Of a stretch of DNA of 64,000 nt, positions 26,401 to 39,342 are shown in pieces. The stretch is from positions 1,797,175-1,861,174 of the forward strand of contig LSRY02000013.1 in the NCBI GenBank assembly GCA_001643675.2. Direction: 5' to 3'. A program made the position numbers and the translations under genes. The stretch's first letter is position 1. Each line of letters starts with the position of its first letter. This DNA is from Monocercomonoides exilis PA203. Its lineage: Eukaryota > Protista > Preaxostyla. Below the pieces are notes generated by a model, which was not told the DNA's origin, did not search any database, and was given only the letters and a program-made list of their open reading frames with translations.

Positions 26401-27758
26401 TTTGAATGTTGTTTTCGATGCCTGCAAGGTGTTCATCACAAAGCAGCTCAAATGAAGAAAAGCTGTGAATTTTTCATATGAAAATGATGTTGACACAAAA
26501 ATGATGGATTGTTGAGACATTCGAAAAGATGTCCTTTCATTCTTTAACACATTTTCATCACGCTTACATCGCTGAAGAAAAGGAGGAGAGTTTTTTAATT
26601 GTCTGACGAACGCCTCATTTCCACAAGAGCATCTTCCTTGAGAAAACAAATGTTTTTGCCATTCATCTTCGTTCTGATGGAGCAGAAGCTGAAATGCGGC
26701 CAATTCCTTCCATATCTACAACGCCAATGTTTTTGGTCTCTGAAGAAGAAGAATACCAATTCATGAATTTTTTTCATTGCTTTTTGGTAGCAGAGTCGTC
26801 TTTGAAAAATTCCTTTTCCAATCTCTTTTCATCCGAAGCAAATGTATTTTGCAACCAATAATGCTCAATCATTCAAATTGAAAAGGATGAACAAAACGCA
26901 TCACCGAACTCTTATCAACCGCAAAGCCAGGCAGCTTGGCCAGTGCGAAACCTATTTTAATCGTGTTGCTTCAAATAATCCATTTTTTGATGGCCCATGA
27001 TGCTTTTGCAATTGAACCATCCAACCTTATTCTTCTGCCATTCAATTGGTTTTTTGTGAAGTATTGTAAATTATTTTTTGCTTGTTTTATCCATTTCTAT
27101 TTTGGAATTTTACACTTCTTTTGTCTTCAGCAATCACTTCAATCCTTTTGAATGAAATCGGAAGCTGCAAAATAAAACAACAAACGAGGCCCTTCAAGAA
27201 TGCAAACATTAGATGTTCTTTGGTATTCGACAAAAGAATCAAGAACTCAAAAAAGTCATGAAAAATTTCTTCTCAATCCTTTTGCTTGATTGCAGCTGCC
27301 TTCTCCCATCAAATTCCATTTCTATATCGTGAATAAATTCTGTTCCAAAAGGGGAAGAAACCAATTTCATGGAGCATCATGAATCGAATGGCAATTCTCC
27401 ATTTGTTTTTAATGAATATTTGTTGGTTTGATCAGCAAGAAACAAAAAACAGGCTTTTCTTGCCTCGCTCAGCCAAATCAGGCTGCTTTCATAGAAATCG
27501 TTTCCAAATCTTTATTTAAAAGGTAAAACAATTGGGATAGATACAGTAACCTTCTCAATTTGTGGGTCATCATCGATGTTTGATATTTATTTGATTTTTC
27601 TTTATTATAAGGGATATTCTTTGCTAATAGATTGCACTTTAAATAAACAGAATGGAAGAATTCATTGATGATAAAATAGAAGACGGAAATCGAGAGATGG
27701 CCCCAAATGAAAAGTTTTCAAGTTTGTTCATTTTAACAGACTTTTTTTTGAAAGCACA

Positions 27759-29080
27759 ATGGTTTTTATCATTGGAATAAAATTTTTTTCTTCAGAATTA
27801 CTTGAGGAATTGAAAAGCTGCAGCGTTTCAGAACAAAAAGAGAAAATTGAAGAAATGAATGAACTAATGGAAGAGATGGGTGAAGAAGAATTCAAATCTG
27901 TTTTCACAAAAGAGTGGTTCAATGAAATGGACAAAATGATTGAAGAAAAGATATTATCATGGGAAAACGCAATTTTGTTGTTGAAACATGTTGGATATTG
28001 CCAAACGCTGAAATGCTTTTTTGATTTTGCATTTAAAGATTCTTTTTTGAGCAATCGATTTCAGGAAATGATCATTGAAGAAAAGATGATGATAGAAGAA
28101 AAGGATGAAAAGCTTCTGGTTGATCTCTGCGAATGCTATTTGTTGTCGAACAGATGGCCTTCACCTGAAATGTCTTCAATAATTGTACCTTGCCTTCTGA
28201 AAGTTGCCTCTAAGAAAGAGGAAGATGAGGAAACGCAAAAAGAAGTGGAAATGGCGCTGCTGGCTTTGAGCAATATTGGATATTGGGTTAGAGAACCTTT
28301 TTCAATTTTGATATTTATGTATATTTTTCTGATTTTCATAAGGCAGTTGAACAAAAATTGCATCTGAATGAGATCAAAACGATCATCGAATATCATCAGG
28401 AGCATCACAACCTCACCCGACTTGCCTATCAATTAGCTTGGTCATATTTGATATGCAGATCTTATTACTGCAAAAGCCTGGAAGATGTTGTTGTGAATGA
28501 GCTGCATTTTATACGAGAGTCAATCAGAGAACTGGAAGAGTTGTGGAAGAGTGTGGATTGGAAGAGAAAAGAAGAAGAGATGGGGAAAACAGAAAGGAAA
28601 ACAATGGATATTATTTCGAGGTGGATCGGCTTCATTCATCATTTCTTTAACAGATTTCATTTGGAGAATGAAGAATATGTTGGACTTTTTAGCTGCCAAG
28701 TTGACGTGTTTCGAGCATCAAGAGATAATCACGATGAAATAGGCAAGAAATGCGTGATTTTATTTAATGAATCAGCAAATAATTTGACCGTGAAAGTTGA
28801 TGACTTGCTGAAAAGTGGTGCCATTGATGTAATTTTGGAGGAGTTACATCGACCAACGTTGAATAAAGGTTTGGCATTTGAAAGCTTGAAATTTTTTTAT
28901 AGGCTTTCATTGCGTTTCAAAGGAAAGGAGGATGATGAAATGGAAGAAGCGAAAAGAAAAGAGTTGAAAAGGAAAATGCTTGAAAAAATGGAAGAAAAGG
29001 GAGTCGAAGATAACATTATTAACTTTCAAATATCGTTGAAATTCTTTTATGCTAAAGATGACGGATTCTTTCATGTTTGA
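27759..29080 (+). CDS. ARM-like family copy 4 (mosaic of its neighbours; degenerate C-terminus)
   Basis: Family motifs present. Intron at ~28287-28342 is in frame. The 5' end is uncertain. Confidence 0.7.
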
Positions 29081-29652
29081 ATATTTCACACCTTCTTTTA
29101 AAGGCTTGAGGAAACGAAAAGCTTTGTATTTTGTAACTCAATTTTTTAATTTTTCTTTTTTCAACATTTCATCAAAATAGAAAACAACCGAATATTATTT
29201 TCAACGTATACATACATTGTTGTTTGTTCGTTTCTCGTTATTTAATTGACAAATATCTCAAAAAATGAAAAAATTAACAATAAAATTGGAAGTTCATCAA
29301 TCCATTTTTAAAGATAAATTTAAAAGTTATTTTTTTTCACGATTTATTGTGTTATCAGGATGAAAATGAAATTTGTCTTTTCATCTCGAAATAAAATGTT
29401 TCTGATAAAAAGAATAATGAACGAACAAAAATTCCTAATTCATATTGCACTAATATTTTATCCCTTCGATATATTTTTCAAACAAAAGCCAATTCCTTTG
29501 AAAATTATTAATGGTTGTATCATTTCCTTTTGCAGAATTCTCTGTTAAAAAAATCCTCAAAAAGTTCTTCAAAGGATAGCATTCCATTTTGCGAAATGAT
29601 GAAAAAATATAAAAATACTTTTGAGTTGCAAAATAAATAACATCTCATTTTC

Positions 29653-30979
29653 TCAAACATAAACAAAATAATCAAAAATATTCAACGATAGTTGATAATA
29701 AAATTGTGCGCTAAAAAAACCAAATAATTCGTGAAAGCTTGTGATGGTGTCTTCGTATCCTTCTTCTTCCATCTTTTCAAGCACTTTCCTTTTTGCTTCC
29801 TTTCTTTTCTCTTCCTTCATTTTGTCTTTCTCCTTTTCTTTCGCTCTCCTTGAAATACTAAAAAAGAAGTCCAAGCTATGATATTCAATATTTTTATTCA
29901 ATGTTTGGCGATGAATCTCCTCCAAAACGACATCAATTGCTCTTCCTTTCAGCAAGTCTTCAACCCTCACATTTCCATTTTCTGTTGCATTTCTTAATGA
30001 ACAAATGCACCAATTGCTAATTTCTTTGTTATTTTCTCTTGCTGCTCGACACACATGAGCAACGCTGCCTATAAGCTCAGCAAATTCTTCTTTCCATAAT
30101 CGGAAAAGGCGAAAGAAAATCCCCAATGCATGAAGCCATCTCCCGATTATCAGCACTTCTTTCTCTTCTTTTTTGCTCATTTCCTCTTCTTTCTTCTTCC
30201 AATTCATCCACTTTGCCAGCTCTTCCAGTTCTCTTATTGCCTCTCTTTCGAAATGCACCTCATTCACAATAACATGTTCAAGACTATGATCGAAGTGTGA
30301 CCTGTTTAAAAAAAACTTCCAAGCAGATTGATAGGCAATTCGTGTCAGATTGTGATGTTCCTGATGATATTCGATGATCTCCTTGATCTCATTGATATAC
30401 AGTTCTTTTCGCATATTCTAATCAGAATTAAAAAAATAACAAATAACATCAAAAAGGAAATAGCAATGCCCATACGTAACTCCGAAAATTGCTCAAAGCC
30501 AATAAAGCCATTTCCACTTCTTTTTGTGATTCCTCATTTTCTTCTTTCTTCAATGCAACTTTCAAAAGACAGGGTACAATTATTGAATCCATTTCAGATG
30601 AAGGCCATCCATTCAATAACAAATAGCATTCGCAGAGATCAACCAGAAGCTTTTCATCCTTTTCTTCTATCATCATCTTTTCTTCAATGATCATTTCCTG
30701 AAATCGATTGCTCAAAAAAGAATCTTTAAATGCAAAATCAAAAAAGCATTTCAGCGTTTGGCAATATCCAACATGTTTCAACAACAAAATTGCGTTTTCC
30801 CATGATAATATCTTTTCTTCAATCATTTTGTCCATTTCATTGAACCACTCTTTTGTGAAAACAGATTTGAATTCTTCTTCACCCATCTCTTCCATTAGTT
30901 CATTCATATCTTCAATTTTCTGTCTTTGCTCATCTGTTGAGCAATGCTCAAGCTCACAAAGCAATTCTTCAAAAGGCAT
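29653..30979 (-). CDS. ARM-like family copy 5 (convergent with copy 4)
   Basis: Family motifs present. Intron GTATGG..TTAG at ~30418-30475 is in frame. Ends ..LSLNIFDYFVYV*. Confidence 0.75.
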
Positions 30980-31891
30980 TCAAAAAATTCAAAAATTTGT
31001 TCAAAATTGTTCAATCAAAATAAAAGAGCATACTAGCAAACTTTTCATTCAAAGGCATCTCTTTGTTTCTTCGATCAATCTCATCGTCGTAAGATGTTTT
31101 CATTCGTTTCATATATTAATATTCTCTTTTTGTTCAAAATTTGTTTTTATCTCAAAAAATAAAAATGATATGCAAGAATCGATGATGATCGAGCAAAACA
31201 AAAAGTCTTCATACAAACGATTTAATTTTTGCTTAATAAAAAGAAATGAAAAAGATATTGCGAAGAAGCCTCAAGGATTAGCTTGTGAAAGCAAAAAAAG
31301 AATAGCCTTTGTTTTTTGATCATAACCAACATATTATTTGAAAGATATTGTTTTTCTTTCTTTTTTTTTTTTCTTTTTTTTAAGGCTGTTGAAAGAGCCA
31401 GGAATTAGTTATCTTTGAAGAAGAAAAAGAAAAGTGGGAAAGGAAAAATTAAGACTGACAGATGAAATTCAAAATATTTAAAATAAAACTGATATTGGGC
31501 TTTGATATTGAACAATTATTAGAAAAGATGATTTTTGTGAAAAAAGGAAATAGAAGGCTGAAAATGTGGAAGAGAGAAAAAGAAAAGATGAATCGACACA
31601 TGTTCTCTTACTTTTTGTTGGAAAGATAAAGAGGATAGAGTTGAAAGAGAAAGGGATTTTGAGGCTATTGCCCAGTGGAAAAAGGCACAAAAGGAAAATG
31701 CAAAAGCCTGAAAGAGAGATCTTCAACAAAACTATCTGTTTTTAATAATCATTTTTCTTTTTCGTCAATTTCTTCCTTCAATCATCTCATTCAATTCAAA
31801 TATCATTAATCCCATCATCGTCTGTTTCTTCTTCTATTCTTTCTCTTCCATTTCTTTTATTTATTCATTTTCCGCTTCTTCAACTAAGTCA

Positions 31892-32520
31892 GTGCTCCGA
31901 ACAGCTCCATTGTCCCTATCCTTGAGAAAGTTTGAGAAGAAAACATCAAGGGATGTGTTGTATTCATTGTCAACATCACCTGCGATTGACTCTTCTGATG
32001 CGTCAGTGGCAGAGGCGTCATACACTTCTTCATCAATGATGGGCGGCATCGAGAGGTGGATACCGATTGTGGCGCTTGAGGAAGCTGTGGTGTTTGCGCC
32101 GCACATGCCGCTGTCGCTGCAGCTGCTGCGGGGATATATTGTGGCAAAGCTGTTTGCGCTGTTTGGGGGTGTTGTGTGTTCGTACGATGTGGTGCTTTCG
32201 GTGATGCTTTCTGTTCAGCTGGTAGTTCAACTTCCGTTACTTGCAATGTCAGTGGGCAAAAAGTCGGGGAGAAAGCGGGTCTTTTGTGTGAAAGTGTGAA
32301 TGCATTCCCGAAGATCTATGATCCGTTTGACCTGACGTTGCTGCATTCTGCGATAACGCGGCTGATGCCGTGATCTCCGCAGTTGAGGCGTGTGGTGGTG
32401 AAGCTGGACGACGAAGTGATGGGGCGAGGGGTTGCAGTGTGCTAAGTTTGGGAGATTGTGGAGAAGGGGACGGAGGCTGCGGGGACGAGTATGGAGAATG
32501 TGGTTCTGTCTCCAGCAGCA
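31892..32520 (+). pseudogene. Decayed paralog of the 16.2-17.2 kb gene
   Basis: Shared peptide motifs (see 16230-17235) with frameshifts and stops. Confidence 0.5.
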
Positions 32521-33692
32521 ATTGCGCTGGATGAGTTGGAGGAGCGAGAAAAGGTGGAGGAAAAAGTTGAGAAGCAGAGAAGCAAAGAAAAAAAAGAAGA
32601 GAGATGGGAAGAAGAAGAAGAAGAAAAATGAAAAAGATTTCAAAAAGAGGAAATTTAAGCGAGCAGATGATTGGAGAAGAAAACGAAGATGATCAGAGGT
32701 GATTGAGCAACATCTGGGCAGGAATTAAAGTGAGGAAGAGATACAGAGGCTAGAAATGAAACTCTTTCCTTATTTTCACAGCAAACACACTAAAATCCAT
32801 TGAAAAGCCAATTTGCCTCAGAGGCGGTTAGAAGTGTTGCATTCTTTGAAAGTATTTCATCTAATCCTCACATTGCCCTCATCAGCACAGACAGACAACT
32901 TTCACAGCCTCCTTCCATTTGTTCTCTTTGACTTTGTCAACTTCAAATCACAGAAATGCTCATTTGATTGAAAAGACGCCAAACTAAATTTTTAGTTTGA
33001 TTGGCAAATTCTTAAAACAAAACAAGGTTAGTTGAATTTATCTTTTCTAAAAATAATTTTTGAATAAGCAAAAATTGATTTGTTAATTTAATAAAAATTA
33101 AAAGAGGAAGAAAAAATAATTAATAATTCAGAAAAAAAGGAAATAAGTCAAAAGAAAAATACAATAAAAAATTTCAAAGTAATTGTAAAAATAATTGTAA
33201 AAAATGAAAAAATGAAGTTAAAAACAATTTGAAAAAAAATATAAAATATTCAGAAAATAAGAAAAAAAAATTAATAAATAAAAATAAAAATTGTTATGAA
33301 CAGCTTCAAATGTTCTGCTAAAATGAAAAAACAATCAAAAGCAAATCGAAAGGAGATCAAAATGAAATTTGTTTGAAGCATGTTCAAATATTTATTGAAA
33401 GAGAAAAAGTAATTCTTAAGAAAAAAAGAAAAAGTCAAGAATTAAGATATGTTGCTAAAAAGCCTTTATTTACACACATGCAAATCTGTTGGTTCGTTTG
33501 TTCAATGCTTCAGAAATAATATCTTCAATGCAAATGATTCAATCACTCTTGCGGAATTATCAGTCTTCTTCCATTTCTGGCGCATCTATTTCGACACTCA
33601 TCATCATGCTTCCACCTCCAGCTGCAATACATCATTTCATTCGTAGCGGCAAGGTATCTCGTTTCAACTTGTAAATCCGCATATTTCCTTCC

Positions 33693-34981
33693 CTATTCGA
33701 CCCTTATCGCCAAGTGCATTGCTTTTCCACTCTTATTCTGGTGTTTCTTTAATATTTCCTTGATCAAATCCATTTTCTCTTTCATTCCTTCATCAACATC
33801 ACCAGCTTCATAAGTGCAAATTAGCTCATCACATTTCATCCATTCTGGAATCTCATTCCCAACATATCTTTCCCAATAATCTGCCATCCTTTTTCCATCC
33901 CTGTCCGCAACCCGATTGTCATGTCTCATCCATTCTGGAGGTTCAGTTTCAGTAAACTGAATCCATTGCATCGCCATTGTTCGCCCAGGCATATCGGCAA
34001 GTTTGTTGCCATGCCTCATCCACTCAGGTGGCTCTGTCTTGACTTCTTGAATCCACTTCACCGCCATCGTCAAGCCATAACAGTTTACAAGTGTAGCATC
34101 GTGTCTCATCCATTCTGGAGGCTCTGTTTGAATAAACTGAATCCAATTCATGGCCATTGTGTTCCCATTCTTATTGGCAAGTTTAATATCGTGTCTCATC
34201 CATTCTGGAGGCTCTGTTTGAATATGTTCAATCCAAAGCATGGCCATTGTCAATCCATTCTTGTTGGTAAATGTAATGCCATGTCTCATCCAAGTTGGTG
34301 GGTTTGTCTTCACATTTGAAATCCACAGCATGGGCATTGTTTCTCCTTTCTTATTTCCAAGCGTAATCCCGTGCCTCATCCACCCCAGTGGGTCTGTTTT
34401 AACAAACTGAATCCACTTCATCGCCATTGTTTCACCATTGTTATCTTTTTTTGCAATTTCATGCCTTATTGATAAAGGTGGTTCTGTTTTGACTTCCTTT
34501 ATCCAATACATGGCTATTGTTTTTCCTCTATTATCGCCAATTGCAATGTTGTGTCTCATCCAGTCTGGAGGTTCCGTTTTTTTCTCTTCAATCCACTTCA
34601 TCGACAATGTCCTACCTTCCTTGGTGCCTTGTGTGCTATCCATTATCATCCATAGTGGTGGTTCTTTTTTAACTTCCTCAATCCAATTCATCGCCATCGT
34701 TTTTCCATATTTATCTGCAACCCTATTGTCGTGTCTCATCCATTCCGGAGGTTCTGTTTTAATATTTTCTATCATATCATTGCCATTGTGTATTCATCTT
34801 TATCCTTTAGTGTAATGTCATTTCGAATTTCTAATGGAGGAACTGCACTTTTCTGAATGATCCATCGCAATGCTTCTGTTCTTCCTTTTTCATCCTTTAA
34901 CAAAGGATCACAATTCATATTTTTCATGTCTGTTTTATTTTCTATTTTTCCACTCAATTCTTCGGATTCGTTTTTTGTCAT
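33693..34981 (-). pseudogene. Tandem 30-aa repeat protein (G-x-T-M-A-M-x-W-I...T-E-P-P-E-W-M-R-H-D), divergent ankyrin-like; frameshifted
   Basis: About 12 repeats with 90-bp DNA periodicity. The two ORFs are joined by restoring one G (TGG to TG) at ~34773. The reading frame continues through stops below 33693. Confidence 0.7.
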
Positions 34982-36620
34982 GCAATATAAGCCGTGAAAA
35001 TGTCAATCGTTTTCCAACAATTTTTCAGATAAATATTATATATTTGATCATGAATGAGTATTTTTTCAAGTATTGTTTATCATCTTGAAATAAATAAGAA
35101 AATGAGCATAAAGTGGTTGCATGATTTTTGGCAGTGTTGCATTTAGCCTCTGCAACAAATGCGAAAATCCCTCTCCACGTACATCAAATTGAATATCTCT
35201 CATCAGAAAGTTAAATATTATGAAAAAATGAAATTTTTCGTTTCTGCTTAAAAATAAAAACAAAAACTATTCATTTTGAAAATTAAGCCTCTGCAACAAA
35301 TGCTTTCTTCATGAAATTTGCCGGTCGATTAATGATGAATTTGTCGAAAAGATCAAAATGGCGCTTTTGAATCAAACTTTGTTTTTTATTTGTTAATTCA
35401 ACAAATGTTGAACTTACTTTTTTTAACGCTGTATGTTATTTTCAAATAAAATAAAAAAAAAGGAAAAAAAATAAAAAAAAATGGAGAAGAAGAAGATGAT
35501 GATGAAAAAATAAGTAGGCGAAGGCGAAGAAGTATTAGGTGAAAAAGGCGAAGAGTTAGGTGAATAGGAAGGTGATGGAAATGAAGATTTTTGAGATGAA
35601 ACAAAAGAAGATTGGAAAGAGAATGGAGATGTTGATGTTGAAGATGAAGAAAAAACAATAACTGAATCTTAATTTTTCCCATAATTGTTTTTATTATCAT
35701 CTTCCACATTTCATCCCTCTTTCTTCTTCCAAAACTTCTTCTTCTTCTTCTTTCCTTCTCATCTGCAAGCAGACTCGGCTGGCTGCAGAAACATCTCCGA
35801 TGTGATTGCGTCTGCTTTCTTCAATTTGAATTCTCTCCAGTTATTTTCTGAGATATTCAAGGATTTTTGATGAAAAAAAAACAAGAAAGACACATTCAAC
35901 GGCAGATGCTGCCAGAAGCTCTGGCCAACAAGCACGATGAGTGTGAGCGCATTCACAAGCAACTGCAAGTTTTCGCGAATGGAATTGGTGATTATCTGCA
36001 AAAAGAAACAGTTTTTGAGTGAAGTTTTTAAAGAAGTTCACAAAGTTATTTGAAAATTTTTTAAATAAATGAAAGAAAAAGAAATAAAAGATAAAAATAT
36101 TCATCAATAAATGAGGTAATACTCTTTTTTCGATAAGCTCACATTCTTTCCTCTCTGATTGAAGAAGTTTGTTTTTGATAATTTCTTTCCAGAAGTTTGA
36201 TTTTTATTAACTTTAGTCAAAAGAATATCTGTGTAACAATAAAACAGAAAGAAAAAAGAGAGAGAATGGAAAAGTGAAAGTGAAAATATGAAATTATCAT
36301 TGCAAAAAAATTTGAGTAATTTCTGAATATTTTCAATGATTTCTTTCTTTCTTTCTTTTTGAAACAAATATAAATGCCGAAATGCCACATGAATTGGAAA
36401 ACACACCTTAATTTGATCAAACGCTTCAATCGCAATCTGTTCTGTCCTGTCCGGCTTGCTTCAGTATCGCTCGTTCAGTTTCAGGGTTTACTTCAAAATC
36501 TGCAACGAAATCGGTGAATCAATGATTACGATCAAAACGATCCAAGGTGTGAGTTTTCCAAAAAACGTAACAAGTGTCTTTATAGAAAAATACTAACCAA
36601 GCGGTTACACCACTGAACGA

Positions 36621-37110
36621 TTAAAATGTTGAAATGAACTCAAAAACGCGGCTGCTATTTGATTTCGATATTTCAATAATCTCCCTTTGCCTTCTCAATT
36701 TTTTTCCATCTTCGCTCAGCCTCAAAGCCTTTTGGAATAAAATCTCTTTCAATGCTCTACTAACAATGCAGCCCAATGTTGTCTTGATAAATTCTCTTAT
36801 GCGTTCAATTGTCATGAGCTCAAGCAATAAAAAAATGTGAATTGTTGAATGCTTAATCCTCTCCATCATTTTTCATTCAGCCTGAACAATCCACAAAAGA
36901 AAGCAATTAATTATAAAAGTGTCCCGACAGCTAATAACTGTACTCAACACATTAAATTTGAAACATTCACGGAAATCAGCAAACACTCTGAAATAACAGA
37001 AAAAAACATTTCGATGAAGCAAAGCTCTCAGATAACTCTAAATGTGAGGGAAATAAGTGTAATATTTATGTTTGAATTTGAATCTGCAACAACGTTTAAA
37101 TGCACAGTTT
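36621..37110 (-). pseudogene. Fragment of an ABCC/MRP-type ABC transporter transmembrane domain
   Basis: LGCIVSRALKEILFQKALRLSEDGKKLRRQREIIEISKSNSSRVFEF resembles the ABCC TMD1 motif (G..R.AL..IY.KAL.LS....GEI.N....D..R..EF). Upstream hydrophobic segments are broken by stops. Confidence 0.55.
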
Positions 37111-37639
37111 AATGTGCAAATTGTTGCTTTTTTGTCTCTTCTTCGAAAAGTTCAAAAAAGCACCAAATTTCCCCTTCTTTGTTCCACTCAGAATGTTAAA
37201 ATAGATATTTTTTTTATACTCAATTCCAGACATGTGGGATATTTTTTGATACGTTCAACTATTCATCGAAATTCAATCCATTTCCATGAAATGAATTATT
37301 GTTGGTTCGATCAGACATAAATTAAACTCTTTTGTATTTATTTAAATACAACCAATATTGCAGCTTCTTTGCGATTTCTTTTTTGACGCAGATTTTTACT
37401 GAGCAAAAGAATTGAGTTTGACCATTATATTTTAATTTTGTCACTATTCAACAATGTTGTTTTTGTTTTTCTGTTTTTCATTTGATATTTTGATGCAAAT
37501 TGATCTTTATCAACAATAGACAGGATGGATAAGTGTAATGCCTGCAAATTCAGTGATGACACTCAAGAGCCGTCCCTTGCAGAGAAATATCCGAGTTTGT
37601 TCATTTTACTATTTTTTGAGTGTTCAGCGCTTTCCACCA

Positions 37640-38180
37640 TAAATAAATTTATTGAAGAATTGTTTTCTGAACTGGAGCATTCCACAGAAAGCGAGCAGAA
37701 ACAAAAAATCGAAGAAATGAGAGAAATTATGGAAGTGATGCACAGAGAAGATTTTCAATCCGTTTTCACAAAAGAATTGTTTGACAAAATAGACAAAATG
37801 ATGGAAGAAGAGAAGCTTTCAATGGAAAATGCAATCTTGCTGTTGAAGCATGTTGGATACAACAAAGTGCTGAAAAAGATTTTATTATATTCTTTTGATT
37901 ATTCATCATTGAGCAAAAGAATGAAAGAGATGATAATCGATGAAAATGAGAAGAAAAAAGAAGAAAAGAATGAAAAGCTTCTTGTTGATCTTTGAGAATG
38001 CTTTCTTTTTCTTTGCTGCAAATTTTCAAAAGAATTGCTTTTGATTTGTGAGACTTGCCTTCTGAAAGCTGCATTGAAGATAGAGGAAAGCGAGAAGGCT
38101 CAGAAGGATGTGGAAATGGCTTTGCTGGCTTTGAGTTCTATAGATGAATTTTATGTATGGGCGTTTCTTATTCCATTTTG
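37640..38180 (+). pseudogene. ARM-like family copy 6, truncated
   Basis: In-frame TGA at 37993 replaces the Cys of DLCEC. The gene is cut inside the conserved intron (GTATGG at ~38155) and the last exon is missing. Confidence 0.75.
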
Positions 38181-39342
38181 ATACAATGAGTAAAAAACCC
38201 GTTACAAAGTAAAAAACCCGGATTTTTTATTCAGCAACTGTGTCTTCAATTTCTTTCAATTTTTATTCAAGTGATATGTTTTTTTTAATGCTGAAAGTGA
38301 TTATTAATGATCGTTAAGAAAAAAGAAGAATTTAACATGGCATGCAAAGAAAATTATCATGTTTTTTCTGCGAATCAAAAATAAACGTGTGAAATGATGT
38401 TCCTCAAATTTCTACAGTTATAGAAGCCATATCTTTGATATATGAAAATTGTTGTGAACTTGGCCAAAGCTATTTACTGTCCAACGCTCAGTCTTTTGCA
38501 ACCATTGTTTATTCTTATATATGGGTGATTCTTTTCGAAAACATACTTTTTTTCGGTGTGATAAAAAAATTCAAAAATTTGTTTCAAAACTTTATTTTCG
38601 AATCTGAAAAACTGTTGGATTATAATATTGACAATAATTCCATACAAAAGAATCTCTGAAATTGTGATTTCATTGTTCAATAAATCAACAAGATCATTAA
38701 CACCAAAATTTAATTCTGTGTATGCTTTGATAAAGTTATTGTGTTTTAAAATGTGTTGAAGGTATTAAATTCAATTTTGTTTTTTTTGTTTGTAATATTT
38801 TCAATAATAAATATTGAAAATAAAAATTAAATGAACTGAAAACAACACAAAACAGTGATTTCTTCTTTTGTTTTGATAATTGAATTTTTGTGATATACAG
38901 TCACTTTCACAGAGCAAATGACATCTAATTTGAATGAAGTTAACAAGATGAAGGATTTTCTTCCGATCTATTTGATAATGAATACTTCAAAGATATTTAT
39001 TCATTTCTTTTTTTGAACAGATTGTTATTCCAAAAAAAAGAATGATTAATATGGAACATCCAATTTCTTTTTTGAAGAATTTCGAAACTTTAAACAAATG
39101 CGAGAAATAATGAGTGATAAGATTATTATTTGAAATGCGAGCTGGAAAGTTTGAAAAGTTCTGTCAAATAATGACAATCGGTGACTATTCATTCAATTAC
39201 TTAGTTGATTATTCAGTGGGAATGAAAATAGAAATAGAAATGCAATACATGAAAATGATACAGCTCCAACAATTCCTATTTCAGAAAAAAAGCTGTTTTC
39301 GTTAAACGGACACCGCTCCAATCACTCTATATTTTTGGTTGA

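Noticed and set aside
21725-26703. Poly-Ser/Leu/Glu/Arg ORFs at ~21.7-22.6 and 25.7-26.7 kb (similar ones at 6.2, 7.4, 11.3-12.3 and 16.2 kb)
   Set aside because: They are translations of microsatellites or antisense frames.
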